The notes under the pieces: generated by a model | The model's input: only the letters and a program-made list of their open reading frames with translations | Database searches by the model: none | What the model was told of the DNA's origin: nothing | In this document: positions 37,104 to 48,211 of the stretch, piece by piece | How positions within the stretch are numbered: position 1 is the stretch's first letter | Layout of the letters: each line of letters starts with the position of its first letter | NCBI GenBank assembly: GCA_045592745.1 | Contig: JAZNVH010000009.1 | Span: forward strand, 19 to 64,018 | Direction of reading: 5' to 3' | DNA from: Candidatus Aphodoplasma sp. | GTDB lineage: Bacteria; Bacillota; Clostridia; UBA1381; UMGS1253 | DNA length: 64,000 bases | Position numbers and translations under genes: made by a program

Positions 37104-38462
37104 ATGAATATTATTGTTGTTGGTTGTGGAAAGGTTGGCGCAAAACTGATTGAGCAGCTTTCAAGAGAAGAAGAGCACGATATCACGCTTGTTGATACAG
37201 ATGCAAATGTTGTGCAAGAGCTTGTAAATGAGTATGATGTAATGGGCGTTGTTGGCAGTGGCATAGATGTTGATGTTTTAAAAGAGGCGGGCATCAGCGA
37301 TGCGGACGTACTTATTGCGGTTGCGGGTTCTGACGAGCTTAATCTTATGCTTTGTCTTATGGCAAAAAAGCTTGGTGATTGTCAGACTATTGCGCGCGTA
37401 AGAAAGCCTGAATATTTCAAATCTATTAACCTTATAAAAAAAGAACTTGGACTTGCGATGGTAATAAATCCTGAGCTTATTTCGGCAAACGAAATTGCCA
37501 GAATACTGCGTTTTCCAAGTGCTATCAAAATAGATACATTTGCCAAGGGACGAGTAGAAATACTCAAGTTCTTAGTACCTGATGATTGTATTTTAAGCAA
37601 TATGAAGGTGATGGATATTGCCACAAAAATCAAGAGCGATGTTTTGGTTTGCGGTGTTGAAAGAGGCGACGAAGCGTTTATTCCATCCGGTAATTTTGAG
37701 ATACATTCTGGAGATTTTCTAAGTATAGTTGCGCCTATCGGACAAGCCGGCTTGTTTTTCAAAAAAATTGGAATTCGCACTGACCGCGTAAAAGATACCT
37801 TGATTGTTGGCGGTGGCGATACATCTTATTATCTTGCAAAACAGCTTTTGCAGCGTAAAATTGCAGTAAAAATTATAGAGCAAAATCAGCAGCGCTGTGA
37901 GCAGCTGTTTCAGCTTTTGCCCGAGGCGATAATTACTCATGGTGACGGAACGGATAATAAAATACTTTTAGAAGAAGGTCTTGACAAATTTGACTCATTT
38001 GTTTCGCTTACTAATATTGACGAGGAAAATGTGCTTTTGTCTTTGTATGCGAAAAGCAAGACTGACGGAAAAGTTATTACAAAAATCAACAGAATTGAAT
38101 ATGGCAAGGTAATTGGAGATTTGCAGCTTGGAACGACTATTTATCCGAAAAATATTACGGCGGAATATATTGTAAGATTTGTTCGTGCGCTGAAAAACTC
38201 TATGGGAAGTAATATTGAAACACTTCACTATATTCTTGATGGAAAGGCGGAGGCGCTTGAATTTATTATAAAAGAAAATTCGCCTATATCAAACATCAAG
38301 CTTGAACATCTGCCACTTAAAGAGAACATTCTTATTGCAAGTATTATGCGCAATGGAAGATATATTATCCCGCATGGTCAGGATATAATCTGTACGGGAG
38401 ATTCGGTTGTGGTTGTTGCGCTCAAGAACAGAGTTTCCGATATCAGCGATATACTTAAATAG
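37104..38462 (+). CDS. trkA: Trk potassium uptake NAD-binding subunit
   Basis: Two RCK domains (GCGKVG, VGGG); DEENVL. Confidence 0.93.
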   Translation: MNIIVVGCGKVGAKLIEQLSREEEHDITLVDTDANVVQELVNEYDVMGVVGSGIDVDVLKEAGISDADVLIAVAGSDELNLMLCLMAKKLGDCQTIARVRKPEYFKSINLIKKELGLAMVINPELISANEIARILRFPSAIKIDTFAKGRVEILKFLVPDDCILSNMKVMDIATKIKSDVLVCGVERGDEAFIPSGNFEIHSGDFLSIVAPIGQAGLFFKKIGIRTDRVKDTLIVGGGDTSYYLAKQLLQRKIAVKIIEQNQQRCEQLFQLLPEAIITHGDGTDNKILLEEGLDKFDSFVSLTNIDEENVLLSLYAKSKTDGKVITKINRIEYGKVIGDLQLGTTIYPKNITAEYIVRFVRALKNSMGSNIETLHYILDGKAEALEFIIKENSPISNIKLEHLPLKENILIASIMRNGRYIIPHGQDIICTGDSVVVVALKNRVSDISDILK

Positions 38463-38473
38463 GGGAGCAAAGT

Positions 38474-39913
38474 ATGAATTATAAAATGATTTTGAATATT
38501 CTCGGCTGGGTACTAAAGATTGAAGCGTTTTGTATGATTTTGCCGCTTGTATGTGCAATTTGCTACGGCGAAACTGCCGAGATGTATGTATTTATATTAT
38601 GTGCGCTTTTGTGTTTGATTTTTGGCACGCTTATTTCGCCGCGTCGTCCAAAAAACAGAGTTATGTATGCAAGAGAAGGCTTTGTTGCAGTTGCGCTAAG
38701 TTGGGTGCTTCTTAGCATTTTTGGAGCTTTGCCGTTTGTTTTTTCAAAAAGTATTCCGAATTTTGTTGACGCATTTTTTGAGATTGTTTCGGGATTTACC
38801 ACAACGGGCGCATCTGTTTTAACTGATGTCGAGGCACTTGCTAAATCAATTCTTATGTGGAGAAGCTTCAGCCATTGGCTCGGCGGTATGGGAGTTTTGG
38901 TGTTTTTGGTGGCTATTTTGCCACTTTCGGGCAGCGGAAATGTTTTTTTGCTGAGAGCTGAAAGCCCGGGCCCGTCGGTAAGCAAGCTTGTTCCAAAGGT
39001 GAAATCTACGGCTAAGCTGTTATACCTTATCTATATTGCGTTTACGCTGTTACAGATTGTGCTTATGCTTCTTGGTGGTGAGGATTTGTTTACTTCGCTT
39101 ACTCTTTCGTTTGGCACTGCAGGCACAGGTGGATTTGGCATACTCAATTCGGGAATTGCGGGCTATAGCCGCTACACTCAATACATTATTACGATTTTTA
39201 TGATACTGTTTGGTGTGGATTTTTCTTTATACTATATGCTCTTTTTCAGAAAATCGACAGATATTTTCAAATCAACAGAGTTTAGAGCATACGTCATCAT
39301 TATTGCAGTATCGGTTTTGCTTATTTTTTGCAACACAAGATATTTGTATCCGACTGCTGAGGAAACATTTCGTCACAGTGCATTCACTGTTGGCTCAGTT
39401 ATTACTACTACGGGCTATGCAACTTATGATTTTAATCTGTGGCCACAGCTTTCAAAGACGATATTGGTGTGTCTGATGTTTATCGGTGCGTGCGCCGGAA
39501 GTACGGGCGGCGGTATAAAGGTATCGAGAATTATTATTTTGTGTAAAAGTATTGTTAAGGAAATTCGTTTATATGCACATCCGAGAACAACTCTTAAACT
39601 GAAAATGAATGGAAGAGCGATTGAACATGAAACAGTACGCGGAGTAAATGTATATATGTCGGCATATATATGTATTTTTGTGGGAGCGCTTTTGATTATC
39701 AGCCTTGATAATTTTGATTTTACAACCAATTTTACTGCTGCTGCAGCAACTATAAACAACATCGGACCCGGACTTAACATGGTTGGACCGATGGGAAATT
39801 ATTCTGCATTTTCGCCTCTGTCTAAAGTAGTGATGAGTATATGTATGCTTGTTGGAAGACTTGAGATTTTCCCGATGCTGATGCTGTTTAGTCCATATAC
39901 ATGGAAAAAATAA
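38474..39913 (+). CDS. trkH: Trk potassium uptake membrane subunit
   Basis: SGFTTTG, GTGGF, TTTGY, GSTGGGIK, NNIGPG and GRLE motifs. Confidence 0.94.
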   Translation: MNYKMILNILGWVLKIEAFCMILPLVCAICYGETAEMYVFILCALLCLIFGTLISPRRPKNRVMYAREGFVAVALSWVLLSIFGALPFVFSKSIPNFVDAFFEIVSGFTTTGASVLTDVEALAKSILMWRSFSHWLGGMGVLVFLVAILPLSGSGNVFLLRAESPGPSVSKLVPKVKSTAKLLYLIYIAFTLLQIVLMLLGGEDLFTSLTLSFGTAGTGGFGILNSGIAGYSRYTQYIITIFMILFGVDFSLYYMLFFRKSTDIFKSTEFRAYVIIIAVSVLLIFCNTRYLYPTAEETFRHSAFTVGSVITTTGYATYDFNLWPQLSKTILVCLMFIGACAGSTGGGIKVSRIIILCKSIVKEIRLYAHPRTTLKLKMNGRAIEHETVRGVNVYMSAYICIFVGALLIISLDNFDFTTNFTAAAATINNIGPGLNMVGPMGNYSAFSPLSKVVMSICMLVGRLEIFPMLMLFSPYTWKK

Positions 39914-39918
39914 AAAAA

Positions 39919-39950
39919 GAAAAAAGGTATTGCCGGTGCAATACCTTTTT
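39919..39950. terminator. Bidirectional terminator between trkH and galE
   Basis: AAAAAGGTATTGC-CGGT-GCAATACCTTTTT. Confidence 0.8.
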
Positions 39951-39962
39951 AATATATCAAAA

Positions 39963-40976
39963 TCAGTCATCATAACCGTTGGGGTTGTTTTTTTGCCAGT
40001 TCCACGAATCGCGGCACATATCAACGATTGTCTTTTTTGCTTCCCAACCAAGCTCTCTTTTTGCTTTTGAAGGGTCAGCATAGCATATAACAACATCGCC
40101 GGGACGACGCGGAGCAAACTTGTAGTTGATTTTAAGGTTATTTGCTTCTTCAAAGGCGTTTACAAGGTCAAGCACGCTGTAACCAACGCCTGTGCCGAGG
40201 TTGTGAATCATAACGCCTTTTGTATTGTTAATCTTATTAAGAGCTTTTAAATGGCCGTCAGCGAGGTCGACAACGTGGATATAATCACGCACACCCGTAC
40301 CGTCCTTTGTGGGATAGTCATTTCCAAAAATACTGAGCTGTTCTAGTTTGCCCGAAGCCACTTGTGTGATGTAGGGCATAAGGTTGTTTGGAATACCCTT
40401 CGGATTTTCACCAATATTGCCACTTTCGTGAGCACCAACGGGGTTAAAGTATCTTAAAAGTGAAATTGACCATTCTTTGTCGGAAACTGCCAAATCGGTC
40501 AGAATTTGTTCAATCATAAGCTTTGTCTGGCCGTATGGGCTGTTTGCAGATGTCGGCAAATCTTCTGTAAGCGGCACTTTGTCTGTCATACCATAAACGG
40601 TTGCAGATGAGCTGAATACCATTTTCTTTACGTCAAACTCATTCATGACTTCCAAAAGACAAACTGTGCCCGAGATATTGTTTTCGTAATATTTAAGCGG
40701 CTCGGCAACCGATTCGCCTACGGCTTTTAAACCTGCGAAATGAATTACAGCATCAATATCGTTTTCGCTAAATATTTTGCGCATACCGTCTTTGTCGAGT
40801 ATATCGCATTCATAAAATTTCATTTTCTTTCCTGTGATTTTCTCGACGCGTCCGATAGATTTTGGACTGCTGTTTGAAAGATTGTCTAAAACAACAACCT
40901 CATAACCTGCCTCCAAAAGAAGAACGCAGGTGTGTGAGCCTATGTAGCCTGCTCCGCCTGTAACTAAAATGCTCAT
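39963..40976 (-). CDS. galE: UDP-glucose 4-epimerase
   Basis: [39 protein letters not shown] and RDYIHV motifs. Confidence 0.96.
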   Translation of the reverse strand: MSILVTGGAGYIGSHTCVLLLEAGYEVVVLDNLSNSSPKSIGRVEKITGKKMKFYECDILDKDGMRKIFSENDIDAVIHFAGLKAVGESVAEPLKYYENNISGTVCLLEVMNEFDVKKMVFSSSATVYGMTDKVPLTEDLPTSANSPYGQTKLMIEQILTDLAVSDKEWSISLLRYFNPVGAHESGNIGENPKGIPNNLMPYITQVASGKLEQLSIFGNDYPTKDGTGVRDYIHVVDLADGHLKALNKINNTKGVMIHNLGTGVGYSVLDLVNAFEEANNLKINYKFAPRRPGDVVICYADPSKAKRELGWEAKKTIVDMCRDSWNWQKNNPNGYDD

Positions 40977-41120
40977 ATTAACCCTCCCAAAGTATTGTAA
41001 TTTATTATATCTTTGAAACTATATTATACTCCTGATTTTTAAATAAAGCAAGGTGTTTTGAATAAAAACACAAAAATGTTAAATATATGAAAGAAAAAAG
41101 AGGAAAATTTTGAAAAAATA

Positions 41121-41188
41121 TTGCAAAAAATTTGGCAGTAAGTTATAATATAACTATCATACGACCAAAAGATATTACCAGGTGATAA
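41121..41188 (+). promoter_or_regulatory. SigA promoter and FapR-type operator of the fatty-acid operon
   Basis: TTGCAA(41121)-17 bp-TATAAT(41144); imperfect palindrome TATTACC-A-GGTGATA at 41173-41187 resembling FapR boxes. Confidence 0.7.
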
Positions 41189-41217
41189 TTTTAAAAAATC
41201 AGAAGGGGCGTAAACAT

Positions 41218-41775
41218 ATGGCAAAGCAAAGTCTAAAAAAACAAAGACAGCAAAAGCTTATGGAAAAGCTTGAGGAAAATCCGTTTTTGACCGATGAGGA
41301 TCTTGCGAATATTTTTTGCGTAAGCGTTCCTACAATTCGGTTTGACAGGGCACAGCTTGGGGTAAAAGAATATAGAGAACGAATAAAGAATGTTGCAATT
41401 GCAGCAAGCTCACAGACAAGTGATTTGCCCGTAAACAACCCTATGGGAGAGCTTTTGGACCTTAATTTGTTTAAAGATGGGCTTTCGGTATTTGTGCCGG
41501 ATGAGTCTATGACTTTTGATGACAGCAATGTGGTTCGCGGATGCTTTATTTATTCGTTTGCAGAAATGCTTGCTACGACGGTTATTGATGCAAATGTCGC
41601 ACTTGTAGACGTAGCGAATATAAAATATAAACAGCCTGTTATAGCGGGTAGTAAGCTTGTGGCAAAGTCCGAGGTTGTAAGAAGGCGCAATAACGAGTAC
41701 GTTGTATGGGTTAAAATTAAGGCGAATATGACCGAGGTTTTCAGAAGCAAGTTTATTTTATCTGTTATCGATTAA
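41218..41775 (+). CDS. fapR: Fatty-acid biosynthesis regulator FapR
   Basis: NPFLTDEDLA...VSVPTIRFDR HTH plus hot-dog domain; first gene before plsX. Confidence 0.92.
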   Translation: MAKQSLKKQRQQKLMEKLEENPFLTDEDLANIFCVSVPTIRFDRAQLGVKEYRERIKNVAIAASSQTSDLPVNNPMGELLDLNLFKDGLSVFVPDESMTFDDSNVVRGCFIYSFAEMLATTVIDANVALVDVANIKYKQPVIAGSKLVAKSEVVRRRNNEYVVWVKIKANMTEVFRSKFILSVID

Positions 41776-41805
41776 TTTTACTATAAAAGATAAGGGGTGT
41801 AGGTT

Positions 41806-42825
41806 TTGATGAAAATTATAGTTGATGCAATGGGCGCAGACTTTTCTCCAAACCCTCAGGTTGAAGGAAGTGTAAAAGCAGCCGAGGAACTTGGCATTGA
41901 AATAGTTCTTGTTGGTGATAAAGAACTTATAGAAAAAAAGCTTGGCGAAATGGGATATAACGGCAATCGTGTAACAGTGCAGGAAGCAAGTGAGGTTATA
42001 ACGAACGATGACGAACCTGCACGTGCGATACGCCGAAAAAAAGATTCATCTATCGTAGTAGCGGCCAATATGCTCAAAAATGGTGAAGGTGACGGACTTG
42101 TTTCCACGGGCGCAACAGGCGGTGTGCTTGCGGCAGGACTTTTGATTGTGGGAAGAATTGACGGCGTGTTAAGACCGGCGCTTGCACCGGTGTTACCTAC
42201 GGATAATGGCCCAGCGGTTTTGCTTGATTCGGGTGCTAATGCAGATTGTAAGCCTGCTAACCTTGTGCAGTTTGGCATTATGGGAAGTATATATGCAAAC
42301 AATGTGCTTGAAAAGGAAAATGCACGTGTAGCCATTGTGAATATCGGCGCAGAAGAACATAAGGGAAACGAAATGACACGAGAGGCATATGAGCTTTTGA
42401 AAAAAGCACCTATAAACTTTACGGGCAACATTGAAGGTCGCGAAATTATGGACGGAGCGGCAGACGTTATTGTGTGCGACGGCTTTGTTGGAAACGTTAT
42501 TTTAAAGCTTACTGAGGGACTTGCCTCTACGCTTTTAAGAAATATTAAGGGTATGTTTATGAAAAACATTGTAACAAAGCTTTGTGCGCTTGTTATGAAA
42601 GGCTCGTTTAAAGAATTTAAAAAGAAGATGGACTACACAGAGTATGGAGGAGCACTTCTTTTGGGATTAAAGCATCCGGTTGTAAAAGGGCATGGCTCTT
42701 CCGATGCAAAAGCTGTATATTCAGCGATAAAACAGGCAGTCCGCTTTGTTTCGGCAGGTGTTGTAGACAAAATTAAAGATGACCTAAAGAAAATGGAGGA
42801 AAACACAGATGGCATTGAAGGCTAA
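41806..42825 (+). CDS. plsX: Phosphate acyltransferase
   Basis: VDAMGAD, KKDSS, RPAL, LDSGAN, NIGAEEHKG and CDGFVGN motifs. Confidence 0.95.
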   Translation: MMKIIVDAMGADFSPNPQVEGSVKAAEELGIEIVLVGDKELIEKKLGEMGYNGNRVTVQEASEVITNDDEPARAIRRKKDSSIVVAANMLKNGEGDGLVSTGATGGVLAAGLLIVGRIDGVLRPALAPVLPTDNGPAVLLDSGANADCKPANLVQFGIMGSIYANNVLEKENARVAIVNIGAEEHKGNEMTREAYELLKKAPINFTGNIEGREIMDGAADVIVCDGFVGNVILKLTEGLASTLLRNIKGMFMKNIVTKLCALVMKGSFKEFKKKMDYTEYGGALLLGLKHPVVKGHGSSDAKAVYSAIKQAVRFVSAGVVDKIKDDLKKMEENTDGIEG

Positions 42826-43789
42826 AATTATAGGTGGCGGATATTATCTTCCTGACAGAGTGCTTACAAACGCAGATTTGGAGCAAATGGTTGATACATC
42901 TGATGAGTGGATTGTTCGCCGTACAGGTATACGTGAAAGAAGAATTGCAGATAACGATGTATATACATCGGATATGGCGTTTTATGCAGCAAAGAAGGCA
43001 ATAGATAATACGAATACAAATCCTGAGGAACTTGACCTTATAGTTATAGCAACCTGTACGCCGGATATGTATACGCCCAATGTATCATGTATGGTGCAGG
43101 CACGTCTTGGAGCAAAAAATGCAGCAGCATTTGATATAAGCTCTGCGTGCACAGGATTTATATCGGCACTCACGGTTGCAAACCAGTTTATTGCTACGGG
43201 ATACTATAAAAAGATACTTGTTGTAGGTGCTGAAAATCTTTCGCGCATGACGGATTATAAGGACAGAAATACGTGTGTGCTTTTTGGCGATGGCGCCGGT
43301 GCATTTATATTTGAGGCAAGCGAGGATGAAGGCGTTCTTGCAACAGAAATTGGTGCTGATGGTATAGGTGGAAAAAATCTTACAAGTCTTGCATTTCGTG
43401 ATGATGAATCGGAAATGGCAAAGCGTGTTTCGAAAAATAAGCAGACACTCTGGATGGATGGTAGCGAGGTTTTAAAATTTGCCGTAAGAACGATGGTTCA
43501 GGCAACAAATGACGTGCTTGAAAAAGCAGGTCTTAATATTGATGATGTAGATATGATAGTTCCGCATCAGGCTAATATAAGAATTATTGACGGAGCTGTA
43601 AAAAGACTTGGGATAGATTCTGATAAGGTGTTTGTAAACATTGAAAAATACGGCAATATGTCCTCTGCATGTATTCCGATAGCACTTTGCGAGGCTATCG
43701 AACAGGGCAAAATAAAAAAAGGTGATATTGTCGTTTTGGTAGGTTTTGGCGGCGGTCTTACATGGGGTTCGGCTGTTATAAAAATGTAA
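42809..43789 (+). CDS. fabH: 3-oxoacyl-ACP synthase III
   Basis: DTSDEWI, SACTGF, FGDGAG, HQANIRI, GNMSSA and GFGGG motifs. Confidence 0.96.
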   Translation: MALKAKIIGGGYYLPDRVLTNADLEQMVDTSDEWIVRRTGIRERRIADNDVYTSDMAFYAAKKAIDNTNTNPEELDLIVIATCTPDMYTPNVSCMVQARLGAKNAAAFDISSACTGFISALTVANQFIATGYYKKILVVGAENLSRMTDYKDRNTCVLFGDGAGAFIFEASEDEGVLATEIGADGIGGKNLTSLAFRDDESEMAKRVSKNKQTLWMDGSEVLKFAVRTMVQATNDVLEKAGLNIDDVDMIVPHQANIRIIDGAVKRLGIDSDKVFVNIEKYGNMSSACIPIALCEAIEQGKIKKGDIVVLVGFGGGLTWGSAVIKM

Positions 43790-43829
43790 GTACATATCGT
43801 CTTATAAGCAAAGAAAGGAAAAACAGGTT

Positions 43830-44768
43830 ATGAAAACGAGTTTATGCAATCTTTTAAATATTAAGTATCCGATTATACAGGGCGGTATGGCATGGGTTGC
43901 TACGGCCGAGCTTGCAGCTGCAGTTTCAAATGCAGGCGGTCTTGGAATAATTGCGGCAGGAAATGCGCCTGCCGACTATGTATCAGAGCAGGTAAAGAAA
44001 GCAAAAAAACTAACTGACAAGCCCTTTGGTGTAAATGTAATGCTTTTATCGCCGTTTGCCAGCGAGGTTATGAAAATGCTTTGCGAAGAGAAGGTAGCAG
44101 TTGTTACAACGGGTGCAGGCAATCCTGGCAAATACATAACATCCTTGAAGGAGGCAGGTATAAGGGTCATTCCCGTAATACCGTCTGTGGCTATTGCAAA
44201 AAAAATGGAGCGCGACGGTGCTGATGCAGTTATAGCAGAAGGTACGGAGTCGGGTGGTCATATAGGCGAGCTTACAACTATGGCACTCGTGCCGCAGATA
44301 GTTGATGCTGTGAGTATACCTGTAATCGCAGCCGGTGGAATTGCTGACAGCCGCGGTGTAGTTGCGGCACTTGCACTTGGAGCACAAGGCGTGCAGCTTG
44401 GCACAAGATTTTTGTGCTCGACCGAATGCACGGCGCATGAGAATTATAAAAATGCAGTTGTAGAGGCTAAAGACCGTGACGCAGTTGTTACGGGCAGAAG
44501 TACAGGTCACCCTGTGCGTGGCATAAAAAATAAGCTCACACGCGGTTTTGACAAGCTTGAAAAAGAGGGCGCAAGTGTAGAAGAAATCGAAAAATTCGGC
44601 GCAGGCGCACTTAAAAATGCAGTTGTCGACGGTGACGTGGAAATGGGAGCGCTTATGGCAGGACAGTCGGCAGGGCTAGTGTGCGACATAAAGCCGTGCG
44701 AGGAAATCATAAATAATCTTGTCGGCGGACTTGGTGAAGTTATAAAAAGAATAGATAACATTATATAA
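43830..44768 (+). CDS. fabK: Enoyl-ACP reductase II
   Basis: PIIQGGMAW, EGTESGGH, AAGGIAD and MAGQSAG motifs. Confidence 0.94.
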   Translation: MKTSLCNLLNIKYPIIQGGMAWVATAELAAAVSNAGGLGIIAAGNAPADYVSEQVKKAKKLTDKPFGVNVMLLSPFASEVMKMLCEEKVAVVTTGAGNPGKYITSLKEAGIRVIPVIPSVAIAKKMERDGADAVIAEGTESGGHIGELTTMALVPQIVDAVSIPVIAAGGIADSRGVVAALALGAQGVQLGTRFLCSTECTAHENYKNAVVEAKDRDAVVTGRSTGHPVRGIKNKLTRGFDKLEKEGASVEEIEKFGAGALKNAVVDGDVEMGALMAGQSAGLVCDIKPCEEIINNLVGGLGEVIKRIDNII

Positions 44769-44796
44769 TCCGCAAAATGAAATGGGGGATAGAAAA

Positions 44797-45738
44797 ATGG
44801 GTAAGTTAGCGTTTATATTCAGCGGACAGGGCGCACAAAGCGTCGGCATGGGAAAAGAACTTGCTGAAAATTTTGCGTGTGCAAAAGAGGTATTTAAACA
44901 AGCGAGCGAAGCACTTGGTATGGATGTAGAAAAGCTTGTGTGGGAAAGCGACGAAGAAACTTTAAAAATAACAGAAAACACACAGCCTGCAATACTTACG
45001 ATGAGCGTAGCGGCGCTTAGAATACTTGAAGAAAAAGGAATAAAACCCGATGTTGTTGCGGGACTCAGCCTTGGAGAATATGCAGCACATGTGGCAGCTG
45101 GGTCATTAAATTTTAAAGAAGCTGTTTGCCTTGTCAAAAAAAGGGGTAAATATATGCAGGAAACAGTGCCGCAGGGTGTTGGTGCAATGGCGGCAATTAT
45201 TGCACTTGGTGCAGATGAGGTTATAGCAAGCTGTAATGAGGCGCAGTGCGTGGGCATAGTAGAGCCGGCAAATTTTAATTGTCCCGGACAGATTGTTGTT
45301 GCCGGTGAAGTAGCAGCAGTTGAAAAATGCTGTGAAATTGCAAAAGCGAAAGGCGCAAAGCGTGCTATGCTCTTGCCCGTAAGCGCACCGTTTCACTGTT
45401 CTATGCTTAAAGCGGCGGGAGAAAAGCTCGAAAAAGAGCTTGAAAATATAACTGTAAGCGATATGCAAATTCCGCTTATAACAAATGTAAGTGCGACCTA
45501 CTTAAATGATAAAGAAGAGATTAAGCCTACGCTTGTAAAGCAGGTAAGCTCATCTGTTCGTTGGGAAGATACAATTCGCCTTATGATAGCGGACGGTGTG
45601 GATACTTTTGTCGAGGTTGGACCGGGAAAAGCACTTTGTGGATTTGTTAAAAAGATTGATAAAGAGCTTTCGATATATAACGTAGAAGATGTGGCATCGC
45701 TTGATGCGACGATAAAAGGATTGGAGGCGCGCTCATGA
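44797..45738 (+). CDS. fabD: Malonyl-CoA:ACP transacylase
   Basis: FSGQGAQ, TQPAI, GLSLGEY and VSAPFH motifs. Confidence 0.96.
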   Translation: MGKLAFIFSGQGAQSVGMGKELAENFACAKEVFKQASEALGMDVEKLVWESDEETLKITENTQPAILTMSVAALRILEEKGIKPDVVAGLSLGEYAAHVAAGSLNFKEAVCLVKKRGKYMQETVPQGVGAMAAIIALGADEVIASCNEAQCVGIVEPANFNCPGQIVVAGEVAAVEKCCEIAKAKGAKRAMLLPVSAPFHCSMLKAAGEKLEKELENITVSDMQIPLITNVSATYLNDKEEIKPTLVKQVSSSVRWEDTIRLMIADGVDTFVEVGPGKALCGFVKKIDKELSIYNVEDVASLDATIKGLEARS

Positions 45739-46481
45739 TTGACTTGAAAGGAAAAACCGCCATCGTGACGGGAGCCGGCAGAGGTATAGGAAAAGCGATT
45801 GCACTAAAGCTTGCGTCATTTGGGGCAAATATTGTTGTAAATGATATTCCATCATCGACAGATGCCGATGAAACGGCAAAGCAGATTAAAGCTTTGGGAG
45901 TGGAAGCGCTCGTTTATAAGGGCGATGTAAGAAGCTTTGAAGACGTAAGCGAAATGGTAAAAAATACGCTTGATAAATTTGGCAGTGTTGACATACTGAT
46001 AAACAATGCCGGAATTACGCGTGATAATCTTATTATGCGTATGGATGAAAAGGACTTTGACGATGTGATAGCAATAAATTTAAAAGGCGCATTTAACTGC
46101 ATAAAAGCTGTGACGCGCCCGATGATGAAGCAGCGCAGCGGTGCAATTGTGAATATGGCATCGGTTGTTGGCGTGATGGGTAATGCGGGACAGGCAAATT
46201 ACTGTGCGTCAAAGGCGGGACTTATAGGTCTTACAAAGTCCACGGCAAAGGAGCTTTCAAGCCGTGGTATACGCGCAAATGCGATTGCGCCGGGATTTAT
46301 AGAGTCTGCTATGACGGATAAGCTTTCTGAGGAAGTAAAGGCGCAGTACTTTAAAAGTATTCCTCTTGCACGCTTTGGAAAAGCCGAGGATATTGCAAAT
46401 ACAGTAGCATTTTTGGTAAGCGATATGGCGTCATACATAACAGGTCAGGTAATAAATATTGACGGCGGACTTTTAATGTAG
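45735..46481 (+). CDS. fabG: 3-oxoacyl-ACP reductase
   Basis: TGAGRGIG, NNAGITRD and YCASKAG motifs. Confidence 0.96.
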   Translation: MIDLKGKTAIVTGAGRGIGKAIALKLASFGANIVVNDIPSSTDADETAKQIKALGVEALVYKGDVRSFEDVSEMVKNTLDKFGSVDILINNAGITRDNLIMRMDEKDFDDVIAINLKGAFNCIKAVTRPMMKQRSGAIVNMASVVGVMGNAGQANYCASKAGLIGLTKSTAKELSSRGIRANAIAPGFIESAMTDKLSEEVKAQYFKSIPLARFGKAEDIANTVAFLVSDMASYITGQVINIDGGLLM

Positions 46482-46545
46482 TATTATATTTTTAATAAAA
46501 CTTTAATGTTTTAATATATTAATCATCGAAAGGGGGTGCATATCA

Positions 46546-46770
46546 ATGTTTGAAAAGGTTAAGGCAATTATTGTTGATCAGCTTGGTGTTGAAGAAGATG
46601 CAGTTACAATGGAGGCATCATTCTTGGAGGATTTAGGTGCTGATTCTTTGGATATAGTTGAGCTTATCATGGCTCTTGAGGAGGAATTTGATGTTGAAAT
46701 TCCTGATGAAGACGCTGAGAAGATTTCAACTGTAGGTGATGCGGTTAATTACATTACTGCAAATGCGTAA
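46546..46770 (+). CDS. acpP: Acyl carrier protein
   Basis: [12 protein letters not shown] motif. Confidence 0.97.
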   Translation: MFEKVKAIIVDQLGVEEDAVTMEASFLEDLGADSLDIVELIMALEEEFDVEIPDEDAEKISTVGDAVNYITANA

Positions 46771-46783
46771 GAAAGATACTGTG

Positions 46784-46816
46784 TGCGGCGAAGAAAACAG
46801 AAATTTCTTCGCCGCA
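46784..46816 (+). other. 13-bp perfect stem-loop between acpP and fabF
   Basis: TGCGGCGAAGAAA-N7-TTTCTTCGCCGCA with no immediate U-tract. Confidence 0.75.
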
Positions 46817-46914
46817 GATAAGTACTCTTTTTTTATTAACGGCTTAATTTTATCTGTGCAAAACAGATTTTATATATTGAATTTTTTGTTTATTTTTGAA
46901 GGGAAGGTAAAACA

Positions 46915-48150
46915 ATGAGAAGAGTTGTAGTTACGGGGCTTGGAGTTGTAAGTCCTGTTGGAAATGATAAAGATACATTTTGGAAAAACATAAAAGCCGG
47001 CGTGTGTGGTATTGATAAGGTTACACGTTTTGATGCAAGCGAATTTTCGTGCCAGGTTGCAGGCGAGGTAAAGGATTTTGACCCGACAGATTATATTGAC
47101 AAAAAAGAAGCAAAAAGAATGGACAGATATACTCATTTTGCTGTTGCTGCAGCAAAGATGGCACTTTCTGACAGCGGACTTGACCTTGAAAAGACAGACC
47201 TTAACAGAGTTGGAGTTATAACAGGCTCGGGTATAGGTGGCATGGAAACATTTGAAACACAGCTAAAGACGTTTTTTGAAAAAGGTCCGGGAAGAGTCAG
47301 TCCGTTTTTTATTCCAATGATGATTTCAAATATCTCGGCGGCACAAATTGCTATTGCAACAGGCGCTAAAGGTGTAAACTTTAATGTTACGAGTGCGTGT
47401 GCTTCGGGCACAAATGCAATCGGCGAGGCTTTTCGTTCTATAAAATACGGCGAAAGTGATGTTGTTTTTGCGGGCGGCGCTGAAGCTGCAGTTACACCAA
47501 TGTCATTTGCAGGCTTTTGCAATATGAAGGCTATGAGTACAAGAAATGACAATCCCAAAAGAGCGAGTATTCCGTTTGATGCAGAGCGCGACGGCTTTGT
47601 TATGGGCGAGGGAGCAGGTATTTTAATACTTGAGGAGCTTGAACACGCAAAGGCGCGCGGTGCGCATATATATTGTGAAATGGTAGGTTATGGTGCAACT
47701 GATGATGCATACCATATGACAGCACCTTCTCCCGATGGTGAGGGCGGTGCACGCGCTATGAAGCTTGCAATTGATGAGGCAAATATTGATGTATCAGATG
47801 TTGATTACATAAACGCGCACGGAACATCTACTCCGTATAATGATAAGTTTGAAACAGCGGCAATCAAGAACGTTTTTGGTGAGTACGCGAAAAAACTTGC
47901 CGTAAGCTCGACAAAATCAATGACAGGTCATCTTTTGGGCGGTGCAGGTGGAGTTGAAGGTGTGATTTGTGCACTTTCGCTTGATGAAGGATATATCCCT
48001 CAGACAATTGGTTTTGAAAAGCCTGATGAGGATTGTGATTTAGACTACGTTACAGATGGCGGAAGAAATCAGCAGATTAACTATGCGCTTTCAAATTCTC
48101 TTGGTTTTGGCGGTCATAATGCAAGTATACTCTTGAAAAAATTTGATTAA
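46915..48150 (+). CDS. fabF: 3-oxoacyl-ACP synthase II
   Basis: [27 protein letters not shown] and GFGGHN motifs. Confidence 0.96.
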   Translation: MRRVVVTGLGVVSPVGNDKDTFWKNIKAGVCGIDKVTRFDASEFSCQVAGEVKDFDPTDYIDKKEAKRMDRYTHFAVAAAKMALSDSGLDLEKTDLNRVGVITGSGIGGMETFETQLKTFFEKGPGRVSPFFIPMMISNISAAQIAIATGAKGVNFNVTSACASGTNAIGEAFRSIKYGESDVVFAGGAEAAVTPMSFAGFCNMKAMSTRNDNPKRASIPFDAERDGFVMGEGAGILILEELEHAKARGAHIYCEMVGYGATDDAYHMTAPSPDGEGGARAMKLAIDEANIDVSDVDYINAHGTSTPYNDKFETAAIKNVFGEYAKKLAVSSTKSMTGHLLGGAGGVEGVICALSLDEGYIPQTIGFEKPDEDCDLDYVTDGGRNQQINYALSNSLGFGGHNASILLKKFD

Positions 48151-48211
48151 GTGATATAATTTTAATTAAAGAATAAATCCGATATACATCGGCAGAAGGG
48201 ATGTCTTAATT

